This document shows positions 63,574 to 64,000 of a DNA stretch of 64,000 nucleotides, one piece after another. Made by a program: the position numbers and the translations under genes. The notes beneath the pieces were generated by a model, which was not told where the DNA came from, did not search any database, and saw only the letters and a list, made by a program, of their open reading frames with translations. The DNA is taken from positions 272,123-336,122 of the forward strand of contig CAZVKE010000002.1 in assembly GCA_964627815.1 (NCBI GenBank), given 5' to 3'. Source of the DNA: an uncultured Leptospiraceae bacterium (GTDB taxonomy: Bacteria > Spirochaetota > UBA4802 > JAGODF01). The stretch's first letter is position 1. Every line of letters begins with the position of its first letter.

Positions 63574-63599
63574 AAGGAGGCACCGTGCGGTGCCTCCTT
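63574..63599 (-). terminator. Rho-independent terminator for the small secreted-protein gene
   Basis: AAGGAGGCAC-cgtgcg-GTGCCTCCTT is a 10-bp stem, followed on the minus strand by GTTTTAGGGG. Confidence 0.55.
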
Positions 63600-63627
63600 G
63601 AGGTCATTGCATTGTCAGGTTTACCGA

Positions 63628-63954
63628 TTATTCCATCGTCAGGTCGGTGATTTCGCAGAGGTTCTGATTCATCATAGTGTGGTCTTCACCATCAGCGGTT
63701 CTCGCTTTGATGTCGAATGTACACTGATTGCCAAAGCCGGAGAAGGTAATGTGTCTTGACTGGCCGTCGGGAAGTACGCCCGCGCCGAGAATGTCTCTTC
63801 CCCACTGACTGGTGTTCGTGGATGAAATATACAGGTGGGTAATCGTCTGGCCAGTGCTATTTTGAATGGTAAAGTCCTGAGCGCCGGCAAAAAGCATCGT
63901 TGCGACGAAAAGAACGAATACTGCGGCAAGAATCAGATTTTTGGTGTGTTTCAT
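63628..63954 (-). CDS. Small secreted hypothetical protein (108 aa)
   Basis: Signal peptide MKHTKNLILAAVFVLFVATMLFAGAQD. Two Cys residues; no family recognised. Confidence 0.55.
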   Translation of the reverse strand: MKHTKNLILAAVFVLFVATMLFAGAQDFTIQNSTGQTITHLYISSTNTSQWGRDILGAGVLPDGQSRHITFSGFGNQCTFDIKARTADGEDHTMMNQNLCEITDLTME

Positions 63955-64000
63955 GGAAGAAACTCCTAAATTGTGATTGGTGCGGAAGGCGAAAACGCCC

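Noticed and set aside
1-64000. CRISPR arrays, transposases, integrases, phage structural genes, restriction-modification or other defense cassettes
   Set aside because: There are no direct-repeat arrays and no recognisable IS/integrase/phage/RM motifs in any frame. The tRNA-Ser genes are flanked by core genes (dnaX, adk), not by an island.

Overview
This is a 64 kb high-GC (roughly 60%) chromosomal segment. The flagellin it encodes is spirochaete FlaB-type, closest in my recollection to the Leptospira family, so the source is probably a high-GC Leptospirales-like spirochaete (inference). Coding density is high, with about 60 genes. The window is mostly core and housekeeping: the rpsP–KH–rimM–trmD–rplS–rnhB–(…)–yraN block; tsaE–tsaB, tsaC and adk; glyA and acpS; dnaX–ybaB–recR with two adjacent tRNA-Ser genes; PBP1A; cysK; mntP. 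It is also unusually rich in signal-transduction genes: one MCP; five histidine kinases, three of them HisKA_2/HWE-type and two with the receiver domain placed first; a LuxR-type response regulator; a standalone HD-GYP protein; and a 1123-aa 7TMR-DISM–HK–REC–PP2C fusion. I found no CRISPR array, transposase, integrase or prophage genes, and no recognisable defense island. The loci I consider most worth following up are: (i) the 7TMR-DISM/HK/REC/SpoIIE-phosphatase single-polypeptide relay; (ii) a 1064-aa HEAT-repeat protein carrying a catalytically degenerate class III cyclase-homology domain; (iii) three tandem paralogs of an NMO/FabK-like flavin oxidoreductase interleaved with a PadR regulator and a periplasmic protein, with a candidate operator palindrome; (iv) Lys/Ala/Pro-rich histone-H1-like C-terminal tails on two unrelated enzymes; (v) a low-GC 62-aa ORF with a near-consensus sigma70 promoter and perfect RBS immediately downstream of a two-component system; (vi) a block between rnhB and yraN holding a standalone FlhB C-terminal-domain protein, an HD-GYP protein and an outer-membrane barrel. 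All coordinates come from the supplied ORF track plus manual counting, so they may be off by 1–3 nt. All family assignments are from motif recognition by eye, without database searches.
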